Shown piece after piece: positions 42,142 through 51,376 of a stretch of 64,000 nucleotides of DNA. Origin of the DNA: Bacilli bacterium (lineage in GTDB: Bacteria; Bacillota_I; Bacilli_A; RFN20; CAG-826). How positions within the stretch are numbered: the stretch's first letter is position 1; each line of letters opens with the position of its first letter. A program made the translations under genes and the position numbers. The notes under the pieces were generated by a model. It saw only the letters and a list, made by a program, of their open reading frames with translations. It did not search any database and was not told where the DNA came from. The stretch lies in contig JAGBLE010000001.1 of the NCBI GenBank assembly GCA_017635565.1, forward strand, positions 2,039-66,038, written 5' to 3'.

Positions 42142-43052
42142 AATTTTAATCCTCCTGCTCCAAATCCTTTGACAATATATTTTTGCGCGGCAACATAAAC
42201 GATGAAGATTGGAATTGATGTGATGACGAGTGATGCCATCTTTTGACCAGTTTCTGCCGCAGGGTCACTATTAATAACCGTAAGCGTTGCTTGAATTGGC
42301 CATGCTTCTTTTGGTAAGACCATCGTTGGCCAGAGATAATCATTCCATACTCCGATAAAGCAGAAGACAGCCACTGTTGCTAAAATCGGTTTTGATAATG
42401 GAAGAATAACTTTTAAGAATACTTGGAATGTATTTGCGCCATCCATTCTTGCAGCTTCTTCGAATTCTTTTGGAATTGAAGAGAAGAATTGGATGAATAA
42501 GAAGATATTGAATACGGATATTGATGCTGGACAAATGATTGCCAGAATTGAGAATTTATCAACAAATCCAAGCATCGACCGACATATGAGATATAAAGGA
42601 ATAATTGATGATTCAACAGGAACGATAATCAAAAACATGATGATGAAATTGAAGAAAGCTTTCCCAGGGAAACGAAGCTTACAAATCGCATAAGCCGCCA
42701 TACCATTAATCAAGATATTTAAAACGATGGTGATGCCTGCGTAAATAAAACTATTCAAAGCGTGTCTACCGACTTCATATTTTCCATTGAATAAAGTTGC
42801 ATAATTATCAAAGATGCTACTGAAGTGGGCAAAATCAGGAATAAACATTCTAATCGTTCCAGCATCGTTAGCGATTGCTATCTCACTTTTAGTGGAAGCT
42901 GCAATCATATAAATAAGAGGGAAAACGAAAATTAAAGATAAAATCGTTCCAAAAACGTAATAGATAATTTTTTCATAAATTGTCTTTTTTCTTTTTTTAA
43001 CAATCGTGACTTCGTTATCGTTAATTAATTCACGTATATGTTTCTCTTTCAT
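42138..43052 (-). CDS. carbohydrate ABC transporter permease (MalG-like)
   Basis: EAA loop FEEAARMDGANTFQVFLKVILPLSKP. 6 TM helices. Confidence 0.85.
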   Translation of the reverse strand: MKEKHIRELINDNEVTIVKKRKKTIYEKIIYYVFGTILSLIFVFPLIYMIAASTKSEIAIANDAGTIRMFIPDFAHFSSIFDNYATLFNGKYEVGRHALNSFIYAGITIVLNILINGMAAYAICKLRFPGKAFFNFIIMFLIIVPVESSIIPLYLICRSMLGFVDKFSILAIICPASISVFNIFLFIQFFSSIPKEFEEAARMDGANTFQVFLKVILPLSKPILATVAVFCFIGVWNDYLWPTMVLPKEAWPIQATLTVINSDPAAETGQKMASLVITSIPIFIVYVAAQKYIVKGFGAGGLKL

Positions 43053-44032
43053 TTTCTTTTTTCTCCAAGTAATTTCCTTTGTAAGAAGGTAATCGTGCCA
43101 GTAAAGATGGTCATAAGTAACGCGATTGCGCTTGAATAACCAACTAAATATGGGAAGTCATAAGCTTGTCCATACATGAAATAACTAATTGTGATGGCTT
43201 TTGGATCATATGATCCCACCATTAACATTGGTTGAACCATGATTCGACATGCGCCAATAAAAACAGTAATTAAAATATAAAGTAATGTTGGTTTTAATCC
43301 TGGGAGAGTTACTTTCCAGAATCTCTTCCAAGCATTACATCCATCCATTCTTGCGGCTTCATATAAATCTTTTCTAATACCACTAAGCGCGCTAGAGAAG
43401 ATTAACATTTGATATCCTGCTCCTTGCCAAGCTGAAACGATAACAATCCAAATCATTGTCGTATCTGGATTACGTAAGAATTCTTGTTGAGGAAGTCCAA
43501 AGGACATCAAGATTGTGTTCATTAATCCATCTGAACTTGGATCAAGTAAGATTAACCACAAATAAGAAGTAACCGCTAAAGAGATGACAACCGGAGCAAA
43601 GAAACAGACTTTGAATATCGTTCTTCCTTTGTATTTAACATTGCAGAATAACGCGAGAAGAAGAGCGACTGTGATTTGTAAAGGAACGACAAGAACGACA
43701 AATATCGCTGTATTTTTAATCGCAATAGCAAGCGTTCCACCATTTTTGATTTCTTCAAATGCTGCTTTGAAGTTTTCAAATCCAATGAATTTCCCGCCGT
43801 CTGGTTCAAATAATCCAGTATCAGTAAAGGCATAGCCTAATGAATATAAGATAGGTAAAGCAATGAAGAAGAATGCGAATATTGCTGCTGGTAAAATAAA
43901 TAAGAAAGCCGTTATCACCTGTTTAGTGTGATATTTAGTGTTATTTTTCTTCGCTAATAAGACGTCAACAAAAACAACAACACCGAAGATGAATAACAGA
44001 ACAGCAAATATTATGATCGCAATTTGAAACAT
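43049..44032 (-). CDS. carbohydrate ABC transporter permease (MalF-like)
   Basis: EAA loop YEAARMDGCNAWKRFWKVTLPGLKP. Overlaps neighbouring genes by 4 nt. Confidence 0.85.
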   Translation of the reverse strand: MFQIAIIIFAVLLFIFGVVVFVDVLLAKKNNTKYHTKQVITAFLFILPAAIFAFFFIALPILYSLGYAFTDTGLFEPDGGKFIGFENFKAAFEEIKNGGTLAIAIKNTAIFVVLVVPLQITVALLLALFCNVKYKGRTIFKVCFFAPVVISLAVTSYLWLILLDPSSDGLMNTILMSFGLPQQEFLRNPDTTMIWIVIVSAWQGAGYQMLIFSSALSGIRKDLYEAARMDGCNAWKRFWKVTLPGLKPTLLYILITVFIGACRIMVQPMLMVGSYDPKAITISYFMYGQAYDFPYLVGYSSAIALLMTIFTGTITFLQRKLLGEKRK

Positions 44033-44050
44033 GTTTACCTTCTATTTAAA

Positions 44051-45313
44051 CTATTTAATTTTGTCTAATTCGGTTTGTAAGCTTGATGTGAAGCTATCAA
44101 CAACTCCATTGACTTCTTGGTTATAAATACCATTGATGATATTGGCAAAATAAGCAGAGAATTTGCTATATCCCACCATTTCTGGTCTTGGTGTTCCAGA
44201 TAATTCGAGTTGTTTACGTAAAACATATTCTGCTGAATTAATTTCGTAATCATTTCCAAGTGTTTTATGAGCTGGAATCATTCCAGTAGCGTCAGTAATA
44301 ACTTGAGCAGATTCAGGAGTGGATAACCATTTTAAGAGGGCTCTTCCTGCTTCTGTATCTTTTGTTAAACCATAACTCCAGCTACCAGTAGCACTAGCAG
44401 CGGTAACATCTTTCGGATAAGGTAATAATCCCCATTCATCTCTATTTTTCTTATATTTGTGGAGTAAATCTGGGATTGTCCAACCACTAGAAAGATACAT
44501 ACCAGCTTTTCCAGTAAAGAAATCAGTTGCCCCAACAGAATAACTTGTATATCCGTTTGTCACTAAATCTTTGAAGAATTGGAAGCCACGTTTTGAAGCA
44601 TTACTGTTTAAGTGGCCAGTGACTTTTCCGTTTTCATCAACAAAATCACCGCCAGCCGCATAAATAAATGGATAAAGTAAATATGTGGCAGTTTCATCTC
44701 TAGTCGCATCTAATCTCATATCAACAGGAGTGGCAACTCCATGATCTTTAAGTCTTCTACAAACATCTTTGAATTGATCAAATGTCCAAGGGTTTTCTAC
44801 TGTGTAACCTGAAACATCAATTCCAGCTTCAGCAAAAATTGTTTTATTGTAATAAAATCCAGCACTTGATTCTTGAATTGGGATTCCATATGTTTTTCCT
44901 TGATAACGGTTAAGAGTGATGAATTCATTCTTTTCTTCTTCAGTAAAAACATCATCAACATTAACAACTAATTTGTAATGAGCGTAAGTTGAACAGTTTG
45001 GTGAGTCAAAAGTAATGATTGAAGGGAGGGTTCCTTCTTGTTTCATTGAAATAAGAACTTGTTCATAACTCGTTGTTCCTTGAGTTCTTGCAACAAAATC
45101 TGCAGAAGCTTTAATCTTTTGACTCTTATAAGCAGAGTTAAAGGCGTTAATACGTTTTTTATACGCCATACCTTCTTCAGATTGTCCATCGACGTGGAAC
45201 ATAACCTTAACAATTGTGTTTCCTGATGAATCTTGTCCACCATCTTTTTCAGAAGATCCACCACATGAAGTTAACACAAGGATTGGTAATGCTAATAAAC
45301 ATAATTTTTTCAT
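44051..45313 (-). CDS. extracellular sugar-binding lipoprotein of the ABC transporter
   Basis: Lipobox LVLTSCGG. 420-aa family-1 solute-binding-protein-like sequence. Confidence 0.8.
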   Translation of the reverse strand: MKKLCLLALPILVLTSCGGSSEKDGGQDSSGNTIVKVMFHVDGQSEEGMAYKKRINAFNSAYKSQKIKASADFVARTQGTTSYEQVLISMKQEGTLPSIITFDSPNCSTYAHYKLVVNVDDVFTEEEKNEFITLNRYQGKTYGIPIQESSAGFYYNKTIFAEAGIDVSGYTVENPWTFDQFKDVCRRLKDHGVATPVDMRLDATRDETATYLLYPFIYAAGGDFVDENGKVTGHLNSNASKRGFQFFKDLVTNGYTSYSVGATDFFTGKAGMYLSSGWTIPDLLHKYKKNRDEWGLLPYPKDVTAASATGSWSYGLTKDTEAGRALLKWLSTPESAQVITDATGMIPAHKTLGNDYEINSAEYVLRKQLELSGTPRPEMVGYSKFSAYFANIINGIYNQEVNGVVDSFTSSLQTELDKIK

Positions 45314-45327
45314 TTTATTTTTCTCCT

Positions 45328-46302
45328 TTATTTAGTTGTTTTTCCTTTGACGAATTTTGTTTTTAATAATGTGATTTGATTGACTTCTTTACCGTTAATA
45401 ATGTCAATCAATATTTTAAATGATTGTTCCGCCATTTCTTTTATTGGCTGCTCAATAGAAGTGACAATTGGAGCGTCTTCCCAAGAATTGAACACTCCAT
45501 CATAACTAATGAGTTGTATATCTTCTGGGAATTTCTTTCCCATAGAAACATATTTGTTATAGATGTATGTGGAAGAGGAACTTCCAGAAGCGAAGACTGC
45601 ATCAACATCTGGATATTTTTCGATGAATTTATCAACAAGTTCTTTTTCTTCTCCGTGTTTCACTACTTCATAAACGATATATGGCGTGTAGTTATGTTCT
45701 TTCATTACATCGAGATAAGCTTTTTCTCTAAGAGTAACTTCACTTTCCACGAATGGTTTAGTGCCGATAAATCCGATTTTTTTAGCCCCAGTACTAATGA
45801 GATATTCAATCGCTTCTTTTGTCGCCTCATAGTTATTACTAGAGACAAATGGGACAACATGATTTAAGTGACGGTCAATACTGACAAGTGGAAGGCCATT
45901 AATATCTTCGTTTTTATGTTCGTAGTGGGTGACAAATATCGCTCCATCGATTTCTTTCTTTCTTATTTTCCACAAGATGTCTTCCTCTTTTTGTTCATCC
46001 ATTTGTGAAGTTAATAAGATTAATGAATATCCTTCTTTTCCTGCGATATGTTCAAGACATTCGACAAATTCTGCAAAGAATGGGTGATTGATAACTGGAA
46101 CAAGAACTGCGATAACTCCACTATGCTTTTTTCTCAATCTCGCGCCATTGACATTAGGAACATAATGGAGTTCTTCAATGGTTTTAAGAATTTTTTCACG
46201 AGTGGAATCTTTAACAGACTTATCTCCAGAAATAACTCTTGAAACAGTCCCTAATCCGTATCCGCTTTTTTTCGCGACATCATTAATTGTTACTTTTGCC
46301 AT
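45328..46302 (-). CDS. LacI-family transcriptional regulator
   Basis: MAKVTINDVAKKSGYGLGTVSRVISG HTH plus a periplasmic-binding-fold C-domain. Embedded mid-operon, with a 20-nt overlap onto the upstream GH32 gene. Confidence 0.85.
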   Translation of the reverse strand: MAKVTINDVAKKSGYGLGTVSRVISGDKSVKDSTREKILKTIEELHYVPNVNGARLRKKHSGVIAVLVPVINHPFFAEFVECLEHIAGKEGYSLILLTSQMDEQKEEDILWKIRKKEIDGAIFVTHYEHKNEDINGLPLVSIDRHLNHVVPFVSSNNYEATKEAIEYLISTGAKKIGFIGTKPFVESEVTLREKAYLDVMKEHNYTPYIVYEVVKHGEEKELVDKFIEKYPDVDAVFASGSSSSTYIYNKYVSMGKKFPEDIQLISYDGVFNSWEDAPIVTSIEQPIKEMAEQSFKILIDIINGKEVNQITLLKTKFVKGKTTK

Positions 46303-49300
46303 GTGATTTCTTCTTTCTGATTAATAAGAATGCTACTGTTCCTAAGGCAACTACTCCAACGGAAGCAGCAATAACAACGATTAATAAAGTTACATTCATT
46401 TGTTTTGGAACCGTGACTTCAACTGGTCCGTTAATGATGTTATTAACGTAAACTGTAAATGTGTATTGATCATTGATTTCAACTTCAACTTCTTCTGAAT
46501 CAAATAATTCTGAATCGATATGGAGAACGTAATCAGAAACGTAATAATCAGTAATTTCTTCTCCATTAAGGGTGACTTTGTTAATCGCTAATGTATCGAC
46601 ATATATTGTCACTTCTTGACCATAATTGATGGTTTGATCAAAGAAGTAATAATTGCGGTTAATCGTGTTAGTTTTGATTTTGATATTGAAAGAAGAGAAT
46701 TCGCCTTCAACAAAGAATTCATATGTCTTATTATCTTCAAGTAAGCGCATATATTCTTTGCTTAAGATGATGTCTCGACCTTCAACTTTATAAAAGCCTT
46801 TTGCCACTAATTCGTTTTTCTTAGTGACGTTATAAATGTTTTTGATATATTGAGTAACACCCGCGTCAATATAGACATCATCATTATCGAATTCATAATA
46901 TTCTTTGATGATGGAGAACTCTTTAATGACCGCTCTTCCAGAGAAGACATTGAGTCCGATATATCCACTTTGCGGATCAGTATTATTTAAAACGTTATTA
47001 CCGGTTTGAACTCCATTAACATAAGTGATTAATCTATTTCCTTCAAATTTTGCAGTTAAAATGACATTCGTGTCACTCACTTCAATATTTGATGAAGAGA
47101 TACTTCTATCTTTTGTCCAAACTTTCGATACTTTTTCATTTTTGTCGTAATTGAACATGATATAAGAAGACATGTCCTTACTTGCTCTAAGTAACATTCC
47201 TCCAGCAGTCGCGGAAGATAAATCAAAAGTCACACTATAAGTTGTATCACTACTTTCTAAATCAGAAATGTAATATCCATCTCCATTTTTTTGTTCACCA
47301 ATTAAGTTACCTTGTTCAATTCTCCAAGTTCCTGAATAAATATCTTCTTTATTTAATGAGAAAGGAGAATCAAATGATGAATCATCGACTGTGACATTAA
47401 TGGTTTTTACATTATCTCCTGAAGTAGCTTCAATTACTGCTTCTCCACCTTTAAGAGCGGTTACTTTCGCTCCGGTTTTAGTCTCAGTAAGAGAAATAAC
47501 ATCTTCTCCAGTAATAATTGTCCAATTGATTTCTTCTCCAATTGAAGAATATGCAAAGATGTCTTTAGTGTCTAAAAGAGACATATCTAATTTCACATCA
47601 GCGGAATCGAGATATAAAATTCCATCTTCAATTTCTCCATCTTCTTTCCAAATGCTTTTCATTTCATTTACTTGGAGTTCATCAATGTTGATTTCTCCAG
47701 AAGAAGAAAGAGAAGCACCGATAGAATAAGGAGCAGCAAGAGTTAAATTATAGAAGTTATATTGATATTCACCTGCGAATAATTCAAGCGCTCCATTATC
47801 GACTAAAACGTAGAATGATAATGAGGTTTCATCTACTGGACCAGTAGTAAATTTGTGATGATAATGTTTAACAAAATTAATTCCAGCGTCACTTGTATTT
47901 CGACGGTCAAAATAATAACCGTCATCTTTATTCCATCCGAAAGCGGTATATTCAGAATCACTGACATTAACTCTAAATTCAACGCTTTCTTTGTTTGGAT
48001 TTGAAATTTTTGATTTGATTTCTAATAAATGAGAAGTAACTCCTTCTAATGGGTTAGTTTCATTATTAAATGTTTGATTATTTATTGAAACGATATTGGT
48101 TTTATCAAAATCGTTATTATCAACAGTAATTGGTGTTTGAGTGAGTTTATAAGTTTCTCCAACTTTGCGTAATCCTAACGCAACAGGGATAGTCATTCCA
48201 CCATTCCATGGATATCTCACTTGAGCGTAGACACCACTTTCTGCATCGCTAGGAAGACCAAAGTTCCAGCTGATAGAAATATGTTGTCCATAATATTTTG
48301 AAGTTGTGTCATCAATATAGAAGCATTGAGCAGCGTAACTATCTTCACCGTAATCCATCTTCACAAAATCAGTTAATTTGGTAAAAGAGAATTGACCAGT
48401 AAGTGGATTATAGTAAAAATCACCAACGATATAATCTCGACTAGAAATAGTTAAAGCGTAGTGAGTTGTTCCATCATCAGCTTCAATCATTGAAACGGTT
48501 GTACATTCAGCGTAAATATAATCAAGTTCACCGACATAAATCCAATCTAGTAAGTTATAAGAGGCTAAAAACCAAATCTTATTTTGGGTTCCACCAGAAA
48601 GCGCCATACCCCAAATTTCAGTTTCTTCTCCATTTTTAACAAGTGGGAAAATAGAAGGGTCACGGCAATCGACTTTATAATCGACATTAATAGCAGCGCT
48701 TTGAGGAATATGTTGTCTTTTTACCCAAGTAAAACCACCATCATCACTGGTGATAATGACTTGGTCTTGTCTCATTCCATCTCGAGTGTAATAACCGAGT
48801 AAACCACTTCCATCACCATTTGGGAACCATCCTTTGGAATCAACAATTCCACTCATGCCTTTGTGATAAACCATGGCGACTCCACTCCAAGCATAACCAA
48901 CTCCTAAACCAACACCCATATCTCCATCATCTGGGAATAAAGCGATTGGGAGTTCTTGCCAGTGGACTAAGTCTTTACTTCTTGCGTGTCCCCAATACAT
49001 TGGTCCCCATTGTTGTGAAAATGGGTTAGTTTGGTAATACATATGGTAATAGCCTTGATAATATACGAGTCCATTTGGATCGTTATTCCAGTGGGCATAT
49101 TGCGAATAATGGAATTGATTACGATATAATTCAGTGTAATAAGAGAAATCATTTTTTCCATATGTGATTTCATTAAAATCAACAGAGGCGCGATAGACGT
49201 TATATCCTAAATTTCCTCCGTTATAAGTTATATCAGCAAAAGAATTTAAATCGATATCGTTATCAACACCAAATCTTTTAATGTTATCGATATAGAATTC

Positions 49301-49753
49301 TCCAAATGTTTTATCTTCATCTTTAGTGATGACAACTTTGAAATTATATTCGCCATATTCTCTTAAAGCAGGATTGATGACTCTCAATTCACTTTCATGA
49401 ACTTTGTCGTTACCAATAAAGCGTTCTTCTTTGACAACATTTGCTTTTAATTCACTACCATCTTTATAAAAATAAATGAGTTTTGTCCAGTTATCATATC
49501 GATCAACGTTAAAAACCCAATAATGATCATCTTCTTGAGCACCAAAAACAAGGCCACATGCTTGGCCTTCATTAAAATGGATTCTTGATGTATAAACAAA
49601 ACTTTCGCTTGCTTCATAACTTTGTTCCACTAAAGCGAAATCATCACCATCAAGATTAGTTAATTTATAATTTTCACCAACACTTTTTTTATTTAAGAAG
49701 TTTGGAAGAGATAACAACAGAGATGTAAATAATATAAGAAGTTTGGAAATCAT
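46283..49753 (-). CDS. 1156-aa cell-surface GH32 fructanase (exo-type WNNDPNG) with ConA-like, Big_2-like and lectin-like domains and a C-terminal TM anchor
   Basis: Signal peptide. FHYSQYAHWNNDPNG, CRDPSIF, EC(T) motifs. Ig-like ...VTALKGGEAVIEATSGDNVKTINVTV. ConA-like GTWRIEQGNL...GYIGLNVF. Tail VTLLIVVIAASVGVVALGTVAFLLIRKKK. Confidence 0.8.
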   Translation of the reverse strand: MISKLLILFTSLLLSLPNFLNKKSVGENYKLTNLDGDDFALVEQSYEASESFVYTSRIHFNEGQACGLVFGAQEDDHYWVFNVDRYDNWTKLIYFYKDGSELKANVVKEERFIGNDKVHESELRVINPALREYGEYNFKVVITKDEDKTFGEFYIDNIKRFGVDNDIDLNSFADITYNGGNLGYNVYRASVDFNEITYGKNDFSYYTELYRNQFHYSQYAHWNNDPNGLVYYQGYYHMYYQTNPFSQQWGPMYWGHARSKDLVHWQELPIALFPDDGDMGVGLGVGYAWSGVAMVYHKGMSGIVDSKGWFPNGDGSGLLGYYTRDGMRQDQVIITSDDGGFTWVKRQHIPQSAAINVDYKVDCRDPSIFPLVKNGEETEIWGMALSGGTQNKIWFLASYNLLDWIYVGELDYIYAECTTVSMIEADDGTTHYALTISSRDYIVGDFYYNPLTGQFSFTKLTDFVKMDYGEDSYAAQCFYIDDTTSKYYGQHISISWNFGLPSDAESGVYAQVRYPWNGGMTIPVALGLRKVGETYKLTQTPITVDNNDFDKTNIVSINNQTFNNETNPLEGVTSHLLEIKSKISNPNKESVEFRVNVSDSEYTAFGWNKDDGYYFDRRNTSDAGINFVKHYHHKFTTGPVDETSLSFYVLVDNGALELFAGEYQYNFYNLTLAAPYSIGASLSSSGEINIDELQVNEMKSIWKEDGEIEDGILYLDSADVKLDMSLLDTKDIFAYSSIGEEINWTIITGEDVISLTETKTGAKVTALKGGEAVIEATSGDNVKTINVTVDDSSFDSPFSLNKEDIYSGTWRIEQGNLIGEQKNGDGYYISDLESSDTTYSVTFDLSSATAGGMLLRASKDMSSYIMFNYDKNEKVSKVWTKDRSISSSNIEVSDTNVILTAKFEGNRLITYVNGVQTGNNVLNNTDPQSGYIGLNVFSGRAVIKEFSIIKEYYEFDNDDVYIDAGVTQYIKNIYNVTKKNELVAKGFYKVEGRDIILSKEYMRLLEDNKTYEFFVEGEFSSFNIKIKTNTINRNYYFFDQTINYGQEVTIYVDTLAINKVTLNGEEITDYYVSDYVLHIDSELFDSEEVEVEINDQYTFTVYVNNIINGPVEVTVPKQMNVTLLIVVIAASVGVVALGTVAFLLIRKKKSHGKSNN

Positions 49754-50991
49754 TATTTTTTCCCCTCCAAAATTGATTGTTTACTTTCAGAATCGAATAA
49801 ATGAATTTTGTCTTCGTTAAACCCGATTGTTAATTCTGTTCCGCTTTCTAATGTAGAAACTTCATTTATTGAAATAATGTAATCATTACTAGCGTTTTCA
49901 AAATGTGCGAATAAATGAGTGTATGAACCGAGGATTTCAGAAACGGATAAATAGAGATGAATCCCTTTTTCTTGAAGCAAAATATGTTCCGCTCTTAAGC
50001 CTAAAATAACTTCATGAGCTTCTCCATCGAGGAACTTCTCTTCAATCTTGCGCATTTTATTAATATCTAAAGAAACTGATTCGCCATTTTCAAAAGTCAT
50101 CAATAATTTAGAGGACTTCTTATCTTCTAATTGAATTGTGACATTAAAGAAATTCATTTGAGGAGTGCCAATGAATCCAGCGACAAATTGGTTGACTGGA
50201 TATTGGAATAAATCAGTTGGTTTATCAACTTGTTGAATAACTCCATCTTTCATAACAACGATTTTATTACCCATGGTCATCGCTTCGACTTGATCATGAG
50301 TAACATAAATAAATGTTGTTTTTAATCTTTGATGAAGTTTAACAATTTCACTTCTCATCGAAGTTCTTAATTTCGCATCTAAGTTACTTAATGGTTCATC
50401 TAAAAGGAAAACTTTTGGTCCGCGAACAATCGCTCTTCCTAAAGCGACACGTTGACATTGACCACCACTCATTTCAGATGGTTTTCTATTTAATAATTGT
50501 TTGATATCTAATATTTCAGCAGCCCACTGAACCTTTTCATCAATTTCTTGTTTGGTTAAATGTCTTTTTCTTACTTTTTCAACACCTTTATCATCAGTGT
50601 ATTTTTCTTCAATTTTTCTAATCTTTAAGCCAAAAGCAATATTGTCATAGGCTGAAAGATGTGGATATAAGGCATAGCTTTGGAAAACCATCGCCATATC
50701 ACGATTCATTGCATCAACGTTATTCAATAATTGTCCATCAAGATATAATTCACCAGCGGAAATATCTTCAAGTCCGGCAATCATTCTCAATGTTGTGGAT
50801 TTACCACATCCAGAAGGTCCAACAAAAACAACGAATTCACCATCTTCAATTTCCAAGTTAAAATCTTTTACCGCTACAAAGTCTTTTGGTTTTTCTTCTT
50901 TATTCTTTGAAAATAACCTTTTAAATATTGAAGGTCCTTTATCTCTTGAAGGATAGATTTTGTAGATGTTTTTGAGCAAAAGTTTAACCAT
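49753..50991 (-). CDS. msmK: sugar ABC transporter ATP-binding protein (MsmK/MalK/UgpC type)
   Basis: GPSGCGKST, MSGGQCQRVALGRAI, LLDEPLSNLDA, and a C-terminal TOBE-like domain. First gene of the fructan operon. Confidence 0.85.
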   Translation of the reverse strand: MVKLLLKNIYKIYPSRDKGPSIFKRLFSKNKEEKPKDFVAVKDFNLEIEDGEFVVFVGPSGCGKSTTLRMIAGLEDISAGELYLDGQLLNNVDAMNRDMAMVFQSYALYPHLSAYDNIAFGLKIRKIEEKYTDDKGVEKVRKRHLTKQEIDEKVQWAAEILDIKQLLNRKPSEMSGGQCQRVALGRAIVRGPKVFLLDEPLSNLDAKLRTSMRSEIVKLHQRLKTTFIYVTHDQVEAMTMGNKIVVMKDGVIQQVDKPTDLFQYPVNQFVAGFIGTPQMNFFNVTIQLEDKKSSKLLMTFENGESVSLDINKMRKIEEKFLDGEAHEVILGLRAEHILLQEKGIHLYLSVSEILGSYTHLFAHFENASNDYIISINEVSTLESGTELTIGFNEDKIHLFDSESKQSILEGKK

Positions 50992-51014
50992 ATTGATGGC
51001 TCCTAGAACAATTT

Positions 51015-51028
51015 TGGAAACGTTTCCA
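51015..51028. promoter_or_regulatory. LacI-family/cre-type palindromic operator (site 2)
   Basis: TGGAAACGTTTCCA perfect palindrome. The 19-nt context AATTTTGGAAACGTTTCCA is identical to site 1. Lies 9 nt downstream of a predicted -10 box. Confidence 0.6.
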
Positions 51029-51037
51029 TTTTTCTAT

Positions 51038-51067
51038 ATTCTATATTTGTTTATAAACATAATTCAA
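51038..51067 (-). promoter_or_regulatory. promoter of the msmK-led fructan operon
   Basis: Minus strand: TTGAAT (51067-51062), 18 nt, TAGAAT (51043-51038). Confidence 0.4.
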
Positions 51068-51260
51068 GAGGCAAAAAGAAAAAGGAGCTAAATAATAACC
51101 CCTAGTATTTTCAACCAAATAAACTTGTCTTATTATTTTTCAAACATTAACTTGATGTGTTCAATTCTTTAATTCACTAATTCATTTACAAGTTTCAATT
51201 GATATTTATGATTCATTATTTGGTTATATCTTTCTTTTTGTTTTATCGGAAATAACGATG

Positions 51261-51321
51261 CACTTTTTCAGGAAAACGGAAAAACTGCACGACACTTTTT
51301 CAGGAAAACGGAAAAACTGCA
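51261..51321 (+). repeat. two perfect 29-bp direct repeats, period 32 bp
   Basis: CACTTTTTCAGGAAAACGGAAAAACTGCA at 51261-51289 and again at 51293-51321. Located 56-116 nt upstream of the DUF4143 ATPase start codon. Confidence 0.9.
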
Positions 51322-51376
51322 AAAAAACAGTATATAAATAATTCCCAATATTCTATAATGGTTATGGGTTAGAAAT

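Noticed and set aside
49753-50991. Two short insertions in MsmK relative to canonical MalK (after the N-terminus and between the Q-loop and signature regions).
   Set aside because: Judged only from memory of the family alignment. Such insertions are common in low-GC lineages, and there is nothing to suggest a distinct function.
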